This document shows positions 27,666-40,084 of a stretch of DNA of 64,000 bases, piece by piece (the stretch's first letter is position 1; each line of letters opens with the position of its first letter). The notes under the pieces are model-generated. The model saw nothing but the letters and a program-made list of their open reading frames with translations, did not search any database and was not told the origin of the DNA. Location: the NCBI GenBank assembly GCA_951406725.2, contig OX597826.1, positions 15,996,001-16,060,000 on the forward strand, read 5' to 3'. This stretch comes from Octopus vulgaris. Taxonomy: Eukaryota. The translations under genes were made by a program, and so were the position numbers.

Positions 27666-28307
27666 CAATGAAAAATCCAGACACATGCATGTTCGTAGGT
27701 TATTACACCTGGAAAAGTACAGAACAAGATTTCTACAGTTGAATTGGCCTAATGGCCTAATTCGTCCCCCCTCTCTCTCTCTCTCTCTGTATATATATAT
27801 ATATATATATATATTATATTACGTTATTTTTCGGGCATCGAACGACAATATGATCTTCGAAGGCAGTTGCTTCCGCAAGAACCAAAATAAAATTTGGGAT
27901 TTACAGAGGTCAAAGTTGGTAACAGAAACATAACAGTGGAGACATACAAAGAAAACGAACGAAATAAACCATGGAGGATCGTTAGTTAAAATAGCGAACG
28001 CTGGAGAAATATTTTCTTTGACAAGAGAACAGATAGAAGTGAAATACAGCATATGTGTAGAATGTACGACAGTCCTAAAGGAAAAGAAAGATTAACACAT
28101 GAGGAATAGAAAGATGATGGTGGTGGTCACGTGTGACAAACCAGATAGAGAGAGAGAGAGTAAATGAGAAAGAGGGAGAGAGAGAAAGCGATGAAGGGGA
28201 GAAAACAGGAATTAGAGAAAGGATAAAAGAGAAAACGATAGGGTAGAGAACAGTATAGGGTAGAGTCGCCTCAAGAATATTACGATAGGCATACTTGGAA
28301 ATGGATG

Positions 28308-28395
<88 letters not shown>

Positions 28396-28559
28396 ATATA
28401 CACTTGTGTAATTCATTTGAATATTCTCATTCAAGCACTAGGAATACCAATGACAGTATGTCGGAACTGTGTTTTCTCCCACACATATTATGCATACTTA
28501 CCTGGCAATATAAGACAGTAGTTGTGTAAAGGTTTCTGCTGTGTAATATTAATTCCATT

Positions 28560-28912
28560 AAGGTAATGAACTGGCAGAATAGTTAGCACGACAAGCAAAA
28601 TGCTTAGCGGCAATTTGTTGATTTTTACGTTCTGAGGCCACCTTAGCTTCTTATTCTTATTAAGTTCTCCTTGAACAGTTAGGTTAATTTACACTTCCAC
28701 CCAAAGTTTCCGGCCTTGTTATGAAATTTGAATCCAATATTCTTACATTTTACAAGGTAATATACCTACATTGATATATTATGCAAAATATTGTACCTAC
28801 ATTAATGTAGATTCGTTTCGAATTTTGGTATAAGGCCAGCAATTTCGCAGAAGGGGTAAGCTGATTACATCGTCCCTGAAAGGATGAAAGGAAAAGTCAA
28901 TCCCAGCGGAAT
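28560..28912. mobile_element. Two degenerate SINE family A copies (28560-28738 +, 28815-28912 -)
   Basis: CTGGCAGAATAGTTAGCAC..AAATGCTTAGCGG head; reverse-strand AAAGGATGAAAGGAAAAGTCAA core. Confidence 0.7.
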
Positions 28913-29656
28913 GGCAATCAACTACTTATGTCATCAAGATTTATATTCTATTTTAAAAATAAAATCGATTGCTAAGCTATATATATTTCTTGGTGTTATT
29001 TATATATGGCTCTTCAACTTCAAAATGGATAAACAAAAAGTAACGTAAAGAATTCATAAATATTCTCCAACATTAAGCTTTTATTACGTAAAACTAATTC
29101 CACTTTATTATCTTGCCCACGGATTTAACTTTACACGATACCATTTGAAAAATATTTCCAATTTGTTTGAAGTAATTTTTCCTGAAGTTTATGAGAATTA
29201 CAATATATTATTATTCTAAATCTGCATATATTGTGATTTAATTTAACTGCATGCTATTAGAAAGATTCATATTGTTTTATATGTATGTTATACAAATGCA
29301 TCAACTTAAAAGCACCAACGCAGTCGCACCTAATCTCATATATATATATATACCTATATACACACACCAAAACCCATCTACAGCCACCAACCACCAGCCC
29401 CACATACACACACATATGTAACGTTATATTGCATTATATTATATTATATATGCAGGAAGACCAGATACAGAAAATGGATTTCATGCACTAGATTCTTAAT
29501 TCAAATCTACTACAATTGTTTCGACTCACTCTGCATATGTACCTCACAGGTCATTATGTATTTATCTTTTGGCATCTTATCACTATCTACATATGTCTGG
29601 ATTTGTTGTTTTGATATCATGTATGCATGTTTTATCTTTTCTTACACACACACATT

Positions 29657-29741
<85 letters not shown>

Positions 29742-29891
29742 GATAATATAAGGTGAAATTAATTAATTTGGAATAATCATTAATTTCACCAAGTAATGGC
29801 TTACGCTCGCTCTGATACCATGAGTTGAGGTGATGTCTTCTAGTGCCTTCAAATTTAATGATTTAGATGCAATTATTTATAATTGTAGAGC

Positions 29892-29982
29892 CCTACGCTG
29901 AAGAGGAAAATAGTTGGGTAAGACATAATTATTTAATTTTTATGCTTTCCTATGGCTTAATTTCGAAACGTACGTCCGTAGG
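29892..29982 (+). ncRNA. Type I hammerhead ribozyme inside a ~420 bp cassette (29745-30165) between TA tracts
   Basis: CCTACG-CTGAAGA-G..(60 nt)..C-GAAAC-GTAC-GTC/CGTAGG. Perfect 6-bp stem I, palindromic ACGTACGT stem III, predicted GUC cleavage after 29976. Confidence 0.85.
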
Positions 29983-30164
29983 TGACTTAATGTAGAATGA
30001 TTATCGTCATTTCTTTCTCATTTGCCTGCGTTGTTTGCCTTTTAAGTGCTGTGGTTTTACTGGGATCTCCCTTTTAAATAGAAAGAATAGCCATAACTAT
30101 TTGACTGCTATTTCTAAATTCGGTGTGTGGTGAGGCAAATCGTTGCTAAACCCTTAATTACTTA

Positions 30165-30244
<80 letters not shown>

Positions 30245-30739
30245 GTTCTCTGTCGGTTTCATAGGAATAATAATTTTGGAGAGGGGTTCGTCTTCATCCA
30301 GTTTCTTGAGGGTAGTCTTAGAATGTAACAGAATTCTCATTGATATATCTTAAGACCTGTTCAGCGTTCGTTTCAAAGTTATACAATAAATTATTTTCGT
30401 ATGAAAAATTGAATTATGCCTTCTGAATTTTCTTGGACTTTCACCTTCTTCATCGTGATATTCAGCCGTGAATTTTATAACATTTAGTTCATGATCCAAA
30501 TAAATGTTGACTTTCTGTACTTTGTTACGTTGGTTACGCATAGTAGCTTTTGCTAAATTCGTGACTTTCCATTTTTTTATAGCATAACCATGCTACAGAA
30601 GAACGTTTGTATCTATATTGACTACATCTCGTTTCCTTTTAACTCCGCATGCGTACATTTAGCTGTTTTAAATATTATGAATTATACAAGTCTCTGAGTG
30701 TGAGTGTTTCTGAGTTCCTTACGCCTATAGTAAAAACCA

Positions 30740-31030
30740 TTTTACGCTGTTTTAATGAGCCCATACCTAATGAAGTAAGAATCCGTATGCTTGGTGATCC
30801 CCATGAAAATCCTGATATTCTCATTCGCTTTCGAGATAACAAACTTAAGCATGTTTCACAGACTCATCCCTCTTTTGATGCTCTCCAGTATTCTCTTATT
30901 CTGTGTAATGGACAAGATGGGTATCATTTCGATATTCCGCGGAGTGAACCTGCAACAGGAGAGTCACTTACAAACAAAAGGGTGTCGTCAAATGACTTTT
31001 AGTTTTACCAACTGATGTTAAGATCAGAAC
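30740..31030 (+). pseudogene. Helitron Rep fragment
   Basis: FNEPIPNEV..DILIRFRDNKLKHVSQTHPSFDALQYSLILCNGQDGYHFDIP; homologous to 46905-47095. Confidence 0.85.
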
Positions 31031-31585
31031 AATGAAATCAGTTACAAATATCAAATAAACTTTATTTTCATTTATATATTTCCTACGTTATCTGAAAAAC
31101 CAGCTATAGTTATTTCACTTCTCTACAACGACCAGGTTTCATTAGAAAATGAAAATAGTTACACACTTTCAATTTGAACCAAAATTACAAATTGTTGCAT
31201 TACGAGAGTGATGATGTATGATTAGTGAAAGTAATGTTACTCCGAATTAGTCCCATCTATATTATAACAAAAAAAAGCTGCTTATTATCTATCTACCAAA
31301 TAAATTATGTTTTTCACTCAACAACTCATTTTTACAAGAAAAATAACCTCCGCAACTACGATGGGTCGCACAATTTTGAGGTTATATTCGGATAATATTT
31401 CGATTTGCTTCCAATGTTTCACCTTCGTCCGAGGTTTCAAGCATGCGTAGAATTCTAGTTAGACAATCATTTATGAAAATATACACATACATATTGTATT
31501 AAAATTAGCTGCAAGCCAAAAAATTGCATTAAAAGTCATCCACTTTTCTATATGTTATGAGGAAATACAGTCACACACACTCTCT

Positions 31586-31619
<34 letters not shown>

Positions 31620-31829
31620 CGCACAAAACGATGTGTGTATATGTATTTATGGGCATAGGTAAAGAATACCTACTCCCGGTATTTAAGATTAGGGTTATGT
31701 CGAAAGGAGGTGGTGTGCGTATTGTCTACTTCTGCTACGTACGTGGGTTTGAAAGATAATGTGTGTGTGTATGCTTAAAAAAACTCATACAAAAAATGCA
31801 TACATCACAACACACCCCTTCGCTCATTC

Positions 31830-31869
<40 letters not shown>

Positions 31870-32608
31870 ACAGACACACGTCCATTTCATATACACGTAC
31901 ATCTTACACTTTCTACTTTCTTTTACTTTCTCCTGTCACTCCTAAGCAAATGTCCCCTATTCACTTTATCCTCTTTTTCAATTTCTGCTCTCCTCTAAGC
32001 ATACAGAAATTAAGACACTTTTACGGAAATTAGCAAAAAATCTTATGATTCCATAAATGCTGACTTGACAACTCTGCTTCTTGAAACGAAGGAATATCAT
32101 AAAACAACTTCCTTCGACACAGGTAAAGCTTCTGTTCGAATTATGTGAAAGATTGGGATATTTTAGTTATTTGAAAGCTGGTAGGTGATGGGTGGGCGAG
32201 GTGGAAAAGGGGGCATTGAGTGTTTCGTTAACAAAAATTAAAGAATAAAAATGTATATATATATATTTCCCAGATATTTAATCTCTGTATTTTTCTACGC
32301 AGATAACAAAACATTTTTTTCAATAATTAAAAACGAAGTTATAAATTGAGGAATTGCGTTGGGGATCGGTGGAGATTAATATATTGAATTCTTATTGACC
32401 CCCATTTTATGCAATGAAGCAATACATAGTTTCTGATCCTTCTTAAGATCAGACATCACTTCCATGCAAATTGTACCCTTGCCCTTCACTATTAAACAAA
32501 CAACATCATCCATTATTCCATTAACTATATAACATCTATACCGATTCTGCCCATACGTATATGTAGGTGCCCATAGATGCACATACATATACGTATACAT
32601 ATATACAT

Positions 32609-32655
<47 letters not shown>

Positions 32656-32871
32656 GTTTGTTGAAATGGAAAGATGAATTATCTTGTTACGGATTATTCA
32701 AAAATTTAACCGATACCTGGGTAGCAAAAATCACAGCAGAAAAAACACGGTTGGAGATATGACCATATGGTGTTGCAACCGTGCGTTGTCGCGGATAATT
32801 GAAGTTTAATATAATTAGTGAATGGAAGAAATGGAGTTGAACGAAGATTGTACAGAATTCCTTTTATTACA

Positions 32872-32951
32872 TTCTACACATGTTTCAAAGGCCACAATTT
32901 TCCAAATTCTGATTAAATAAGGATACCATATTGCAGCTTTATCTTCAGGAA
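32872..32951 (-). ncRNA. Type I hammerhead ribozyme in the left pseudo-LTR
   Basis: Reverse complement of 34964-35043. Confidence 0.75.
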
Positions 32952-33577
32952 AAACCAGGAATTACGTTGTCAGAACAAAACAAAACAATGGCGCAGCAGA
33001 GCAATTCGAACGAGGACGCTCCTTAAGAGCCCATGGGTAAAATGTTTATCAATGTACGTTGAAATCGGGGTGTTGGTGGGGGCCGACAAAAAGGTCCGTT
33101 GGAATAAATCCAGGTCAGGCTGCGATCAAATCTAGTAGGTGAGGAATTAATGAGAACAAGGGCTGTGGAGATGTTCTGTATGACCAAAGTTAATGTTCTG
33201 AATATTTTAAGAATTCAGGGTGTATTTTTTAGGTGCGAGACAATACCTACCTAAAAGCATGTATGTGTATACTAGCCTATGTGTGCGCCGCCGTATGTTG
33301 GCGAGGGGCGCTAGATAATGAGCACTGCTGAAAAAAGCCTGTCAGGCGGCTGAAATAATTCTGTGTTCGTGTGTCCGTCTGTGGCCTGCTAGTCTAAAAA
33401 TTATCCTTGTCAAAGAATCAGGGGGGTATATAAATCCAGCGCTTGCTTCTAAATAACCGACCAATCGCCTAAGGGGAGTAATTTCCCCTTGCAAGAGTTA
33501 TTCAGAGATTTTTTTAAAATTTTTTCAAAAATGATTTTCATTTTAATAGGGTATCAAGGTGTTAGTTGTCTTAGGTA

Positions 33578-34492
33578 TCATTTATATGTAAGAAACGTAT
33601 GACGCCGCCAATGGGGACATCGAAAAGCAGTCTGTAAAAGCCCGTTTACCAAACGGCCTCTGGCGAACAATATTTGGAAAAGCTCAGAGTTACAAAGATT
33701 ACATATCCTTCTGCCTCTATCAAACGGGAGGGCCACCGATAAAATCGACCATTCCAGCCTAAAAACTGAATTCGCGTTCTTCAAACGCCAGATAAGTTTA
33801 CTAAGTCCTGTAGCTTGGTATTTATTAACGTCGCGAAAAGTTGCGAAATGGTTCGATATTCTCAAGGCCAATTTTGACGATGAGGCTCCGACATACGAGT
33901 AGACATCCGAATCCGTGTAAACATTGCATTGGTAAATGGCATTTCTGATCTTGGAGTTACTAGACAAGAACCTTATTCTATTGGGATTTGCTTCTGATAT
34001 TAATACTGCGTTCTTATTACTATAATGACTGTGAGAACTGCGGCCGCCTACTACATTATACTCCTCGTTATCAATACTAATTAACGGACTATCCCCTGTG
34101 TATTCCCTATCACTGAGAACGCTGTGGTTGCTAGTATCCGTGGACCTACTATTGTCGGAAACGTTGCCAAAGTTGCTATTAGGACTCTCTACATTAATGA
34201 CCCGAACTGCGCTCACCTCCCTATTACCATTACTAACGTTATTATCATCACCATTTCTTCTATCGTTAATCCTATTATTTACTCCCTGGTTGGTACGGAG
34301 ATTACCAGTCACTGTACTGGCTCTTTTATCATTATTACTACTATTATTATTCCTACTGTGCGTTAAACTGGAATGAGACGGAGCTGCGCCTCCGGACAAT
34401 GGTGATAGGGTCTTAATAAGCAGCCTATTATTATGGGAGGCGATTATCTTGGAAAGGTTTTTTGTGTTGGAGAAAGCTATCCTAACTTTATG
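33578..34492 (-). CDS. C-terminal part of a Penelope-like RT/GIY-YIG protein (end of RT thumb, N/S-rich linker, GIY-YIG endonuclease); 5'-truncated
   Basis: AIYQCNV..YVGASS..RISNHFATF..TGLSKLIWRLK..WSIL..CNLCNSE..LVN..RCPH. The frame stays open upstream of the TTG to HKVRIAFSNTKNLSKIIASHNNRLL. Confidence 0.85.
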   Translation of the reverse strand, partial: HKVRIAFSNTKNLSKIIASHNNRLLIKTLSPLSGGAAPSHSSLTHSRNNNSSNNDKRASTVTGNLRTNQGVNNRINDRRNGDDNNVSNGNREVSAVRVINVESPNSNFGNVSDNSRSTDTSNHSVLSDREYTGDSPLISIDNEEYNVVGGRSSHSHYSNKNAVLISEANPNRIRFLSSNSKIRNAIYQCNVYTDSDVYSYVGASSSKLALRISNHFATFRDVNKYQATGLSKLIWRLKNANSVFRLEWSILSVALPFDRGRRICNLCNSELFQILFARGRLVNGLLQTAFRCPHWRRHTFLTYK

Positions 34493-34963
34493 TGAGATTT
34501 CCCAGAAATTCCAAATATTACCCCGCGGTTAACACACATAAAGTTAGGATAGCTTTCTCCAACACAAAAAGCCTTTCCTAGATAATCGCCTCCCATAATA
34601 ATAGTGCTCATTATCTAGCGCCCCTCGCCAACATACGGCGGTGCACACATAGGCTAGTATACACACACATGCTTTTAGGTAGGTATTGTCTCGCACCTAA
34701 AAAATACACCCTGAATTCTTAAAATATTCAGAACATTAACTTTGGTCATACAGAACATCTCCACACCCCTTGTTCTCATTAATTCCTCACCTATTAGATT
34801 TGACCGCGGCCTGACCTGGATTTATTCCAACGGACCTTTTTGTCGGCCCCTACCAACGTACATTGATAAACATTTTACCCATGGGCTCTTAAGGAGCGTC
34901 CTCGTTCGAATTGCTCTCCTACGCCTTTGTTTTGTTTTGTTCTGACAACGTAATTCCTGGTTT

Positions 34964-35043
34964 TTCCTGAAGATAAAGCTGCAATATGGTATCCTTATTT
35001 AATCAGAATTTGGAAAATTGTGGCCTTTGAAACATGTGTAGAA
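34964..35043 (+). ncRNA. Type I hammerhead ribozyme in the right pseudo-LTR
   Basis: TTC-CTGAAGA-TAAAGCTGCAAT..ATTGTGGCCTTT-GAAAC-ATGT-GTA/GAA; 55-nt stem II region; predicted cleavage after 35040, ~60 nt before (TA)n. Confidence 0.75.
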
Positions 35044-35097
35044 TGTAATAAAAGGAATTCTGTACAATCTTCGTTCAACTCCATTTCTTCCATTCAC

Positions 35098-35151
<54 letters not shown>

Positions 35152-35152
<1 letters not shown>

Positions 35153-35555
35153 TCTTTACTCTCTCTTTTTTTACTCTTTTATTTGTTTCATTCATTTGAC
35201 TGCGGCCATGCTGGAGCACCGCCTTTAGTCGAGCAAATCGACCCCGGGACTTATTCTTTGTAAGCCCAGTACTTATTCTATCGGTCTCTTATGCAGAACT
35301 GCTAAGTGACGGGGACGTAAACACACCAGCATCGGTTGTCAAGCAATGCTAGGGGGACAAACAGAGACACACAAACACACACACATAGATATATACACAT
35401 ATACGACAGGCTTCTTTCAGTTTCCGTCTACCAAATCCATTGGTCGGCCCGGGACTATAGCAGAAGACACTTGCCCAAGATGCCACGCAGTGGGACTGAA
35501 CCCGGAACCATGTGGTTTGTTAGCAAGCTACTTACCACACAACTACTCCTGCGCC
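35152..35555 (-). mobile_element. tRNA-derived SINE, family B
   Basis: Minus strand GGCGCAGGAGTAGTTGTGTGGTAAG..GGGTTCAGTCCC..CTTGGGCAAGTGTCTTC; matches 63762-64000. Confidence 0.9.
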
Positions 35556-35579
35556 GGTATATATATATATATATATATT

Positions 35580-36725
35580 TACAGGGTGCGGTGAATTAAT
35601 TCTCGTAAAAAAATTCGCGAAAATGAAAGTAACACAGAAATTGCATAAAATATCTTAAAATACTAAGCAGCAAAATTATTCAATAAAATCGGCTTTGGCT
35701 ACAACCGTGGCCTGCAGATGTTTTCGGTATCTGCTGCACCTCATCTAGATGGTATCCTTGTTTTTATTTGGTGACTGCTGCCATATTCCTTGCCTTCAGT
35801 TCATGTTTGGCGTCAGAAAGAAGTCTTATTAGTCTCACGCTGAACTGGATCCCACTCGTAATGATTAAGTGGGGTGTATGCGGGGAGTTAGATGCTCAGA
35901 TTTTAGGGATGATATGTTCGCAGCCATGACTGATTTCTCACGCCTGTGTGGCATGGTACGGAGTCCTGTTGCCAGATATAGTATCTTCCAGCAGCCACCC
36001 TCTTGAACCACGACAGCACTACTTTTGATGTAGGCCTCCGTATTGAGTCTGAGGCTTTATTGGAAGATGAATGGATGCATAACGTCGCCATTACTATTGA
36101 TCACGCGAAATACCATGATGTTGACTGAATGTTTGATTTTTTTCAACTCGGTAGATGATTTTGAGACACGTCAAGCCTACAGTTGTTCTATGTGTTCGCC
36201 ATATCATCCTGGCGGAAATATATTTCGTCTGAGAAAAGCCAGAGCTTCGTAGGGTGGTCTTCCTAATTGTCCTTGATGGCTTGGTATTAAAATAGGCCTT
36301 TCTCATTGGTGAATGCTTCCATAGTCCTCACCTTCAGTTTTCATGCACTACCTGCCTCAAGGCTATGGAGCTCATTGATATGGAGGGATCGTTGTTAATC
36401 ATGGCCTGTATCTCAACAGGAAATTCAGGAATTCTCGTCTCATCAGAACGATGAAAGTGAGTTTTCCGAAATAGCTTACTTAAATACTCACCATTACATT
36501 CTTCCAACTATTTCCGAAACATCTACAATATCTTCAGATTGAACAAACACTCTGAAATGTTTGTGTTAGAATTTGGACGCGAATGCCAGGCAGTACTTCA
36601 TTTCGTTTCCAAATTGCTGGCAGATTGAATTGCATCATAGTGTTGTATTCTCAGAGACGGTGTCCAGCTTACCCTAGTATACCGTGTAGATGGCAAAAGC
36701 AAAAACAAACAATATGCAACCGCGA
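35580..36725 (-). pseudogene. Tc1/maT-like transposon relic
   Basis: TA|CAGGGTG terminus; YIWQQDSVPCHT..QSWL followed by a degenerate NSPDLNPLDY motif. Confidence 0.8.
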
Positions 36726-36728
36726 AAT

Positions 36729-36730
<2 letters not shown>

Positions 36731-36822
<92 letters not shown>

Positions 36823-36846
36823 CGTGCGTGTATGTGTTTATGTATG

Positions 36847-36910
<64 letters not shown>

Positions 36911-37414
36911 CATACATACATACATTCACATATATATTCTTAAGTTTATATGTGTGTGTACACGAAATCTAATATTAAGTTACAAGTTATAATTTAAAGG
37001 TATTTTGGCAAACATTCTTAAAGATAATCGCATTTCTGCCTGCTTACCAGACAAAGAGATTTATATTAGCCAGATTAGGAAAAAAAAATGAAAATATCAA
37101 ACGAAATATTTAGGAACCAATATTTCTTACTTATTTCCTAGGAAAACAGAAATGGAATGGTTCCCGGCTGTAACACTGGAAAATGGAAGTCAGCAGATGT
37201 TTCTAAACAATAGATTTATGAACTTTGCCAAATTCTTAGTAATAGCATGAACGTCATTTATTCGTACTTATTCAGATCCTCGATAGATACACACATGTCT
37301 ATGAAAAATACCAGACTTTGTTGCGCTCTTCATCAATGTACACATGAATTATGTAGTGAATACAATTAATATTATATCAATTGCAGGTTACTATACACAC
37401 ACACACACATATAT

Positions 37415-37485
<71 letters not shown>

Positions 37486-37508
37486 TTAGAGAGAAAGAGA
37501 GAGATAGC

Positions 37509-37586
<78 letters not shown>
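36731..37586. repeat. Microsatellite blocks: (TA)/(TG) 36731-36925 and (CA)(TA)(GATA)(GA) 37394-37586
   Basis: Seen directly. Confidence 0.95.
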
Positions 37587-39109
37587 ATATTATTTTAAGA
37601 AGAAAAGCAGTAAAGCAAAAAGCCAAGTAAAATATTTTCGATGAATATTGTTTGATTGAATGCAAAAAAATATGGAAACTTGGAATTTATTTAAGACGCT
37701 ACTACAGAATAAATATTTACATTACCTTTATGTAAATGGCATTAATAAATAATGGCGAGTATTGTAGAGGTCTTTAACATTGTGTACAAATACATTCGAA
37801 AAAGTACGAACTTTATATTCTATATTTTACTTGAAGTTTGAATACAATGTGCTAAGATATAAACAAAATGTCAGAAAAATATGACGGCTTTCTTGCTTTA
37901 GCACTTACGTAATCTAACGTCAATTTGCATATGTTCGATAATATTGACTTCTTTCATACATCCAAGGCTTAATATTACAATTGCGATGTATTGAGACTAT
38001 ATAGATTCTGATTTTATTATTATTAGAAAATTAGGGAATATAAATTGGCATCCGTTATATAAATAAATTAATCCTATAGCAAACGCAGACCAAAGCTCTT
38101 AACACACAGCCGGGCCAATATTCAACTGGGGAGTTTCTTCTTCTAATGCAGTTTGTTCCAATCCAAGATTTATTTGTGTATACCTGTGAACAGATGGAAG
38201 GAAAATGAATTCATAATGTGTTTGAAAGTTCTGAATAGCATGCCCTATAACTAAGGCTAAAATTTGATGTGATTAAAATATTAATATATACAAATTAAAA
38301 ATTACACATTTTTTCATATCTGTTCCAGTTGGTATATCTTTTTTAAGATACACTGTAAGAGTCCGTCTTCCTAATGAAATACAGTATAAATTCGACCAAA
38401 AGTAAATTAGGAACAAAATTGTTGCTGACTATAATGTGTCCTCATAGACATAAAAAAACTTACTTTCTTATATCATTTGCAAGTAAATCAGATAAAAAGA
38501 CATTTGATTAAATGATGTAAGGAATTTAGTTTCATCCCTCGAATTTCTGATCTGAAACTTCTCGAGGGGTTACTATATTTCATTAATATGGTATTGATAA
38601 AATATGGACTAATCTCTTGCTGATAGTTGCATCGACTGCCACACCTGACGTACACTACTTAGCGTCGAAATTAGTATCACTACAGGTAATGTGGAGAAAG
38701 ATAAATCATTATTATTATGACAAATATTGAGGAAGCAAAATATGGAAAATAATGCAAATATGATGGCAGAGTGCCAGGAAAATAACTGGATCAAGATCGG
38801 ATTTATTGAATTCAGCGTGAATTGAATCGTTCAATAACTTTTATTCGTGATTTTGAAGTGGTTATATGTGAAGTGAGGTGTGTCGTGGGCATTTTGAGTT
38901 AGTTCCCGTCGAGTACCTTGCATTTTATTACGTAGTATGACATACAGTATTACTATAATTTTGTTACTGCATACTAATTTAGTTACCAATTATTTTATTT
39001 TTTGTATTGATGACAATAAGTGTACGCAGGGATTAAAAATAATCCTTGAGATTCTTGCTAAATGTAGGCTGGTACTTTTCTGCAGGACGATAATGTGAGC
39101 TGTTTCATA

Positions 39110-39464
39110 TCCATTTCCTTTCAGTCATTTAGTTATCATTTTGGTTGTTGTGTCAAGTGCACCAACTAATATAGAAATAATTGTTTACTTGGCCTTCTAG
39201 TCTCCTCAGCTCTCTGGCTTGATACTGATATATCTTGAATTTTCCTTTCTTTGATACCGCTTCTGCTATCATAGAAAATTGCAAAATCTATGATCTTACA
39301 CTGATATATTTGTTTTCTATAATCATATCAGCTCTTCTTGCTTGAATGCTATAGTCAATTTTTATAGGGAAATCCCAAAAGATCTTCGAATTCTCATTTT
39401 CTATCACATACTCTGGATCGTGTTAATGTAATCTTTCGATTCTTTTCAAGCCAAACACTAAGCT

Positions 39465-39465
<1 letters not shown>
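39110..39465 (-). pseudogene. R4/Dong-like restriction-like endonuclease fragment
   Basis: PEYVIENENSKIFWDFPIKIDYSIQARRADMII..KIIDFAI matches WD..I.TD..RPD..IIDxA of REL endonucleases. Confidence 0.8.
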
Positions 39466-39643
<178 letters not shown>

Positions 39644-39675
39644 TTTGCACAGATTCTAACGCTGGGGATAGAGAG

Positions 39676-39819
39676 AATACCAAACGAGTTCCCTATAGAT
39701 ACTGTATTTATTACAACGAGTGGCTTGTAAACGTATCTAACGAGCTAAAGCGAGTTAGATACGTTTACAAGCCACTCGTTGTAATAAATACGGTATCCAT
39801 AGGGAATGAGTTTGGTATT
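39676..39819. repeat. Long palindrome (66-bp arms, 12-nt spacer)
   Basis: AATACCAAAC..CGTATCTAAC / GTTAGATACG..GTTTGGTATT with a few mismatches. Confidence 0.9.
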
Positions 39820-39908
39820 TTATTTATTATACACGAATAAACGACCATATTTTATTAACCCAATAACTAAATTCTTCACGTTTAGTTGTAACTTATGAAT
39901 GACAAAAG

Positions 39909-40020
39909 TAGTGCCGTCACCGTGACCTCGGGTCATCACCGTGAATTGACCAATCAGAAGCAGTGCTGTCACCGTGACCTCGGGTCATCACCATGGATTG
40001 ACCTATAAGAAGCAGCGCTC
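39909..40020 (+). repeat. 52-bp tandem repeat (~2 copies)
   Basis: AGTGCYGTCACCGTGACCTCGGGTCATCACCRTGRATTGACC..AGAAGC occurs twice. Confidence 0.85.
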
Positions 40021-40084
40021 GCAGTATCTGACATATGTTAGATACCAAAAATATCTCAAAGTGTTCTCACTCACATGTGTGTAA

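Larger units (their letters stand above)
32809..35106. mobile_element. 5'-truncated Penelope-like retroelement (Naiad-like) with inverted pseudo-LTRs
   Basis: 32809-33326 and 34603-35106 are near-identical inverted repeats, each with a hammerhead. They enclose a GIY-YIG ORF; the right arm ends in (TA)n. Confidence 0.9.

Noticed and set aside
33578-33580. TGA as a possible selenocysteine codon
   Set aside because: Falls after the conserved C-terminal CxH motif where termination is expected; no SECIS recognised by eye.
39909-40020. CRISPR-like array
   Set aside because: Contiguous tandem units without unique spacers, in a eukaryotic context with no cas genes.
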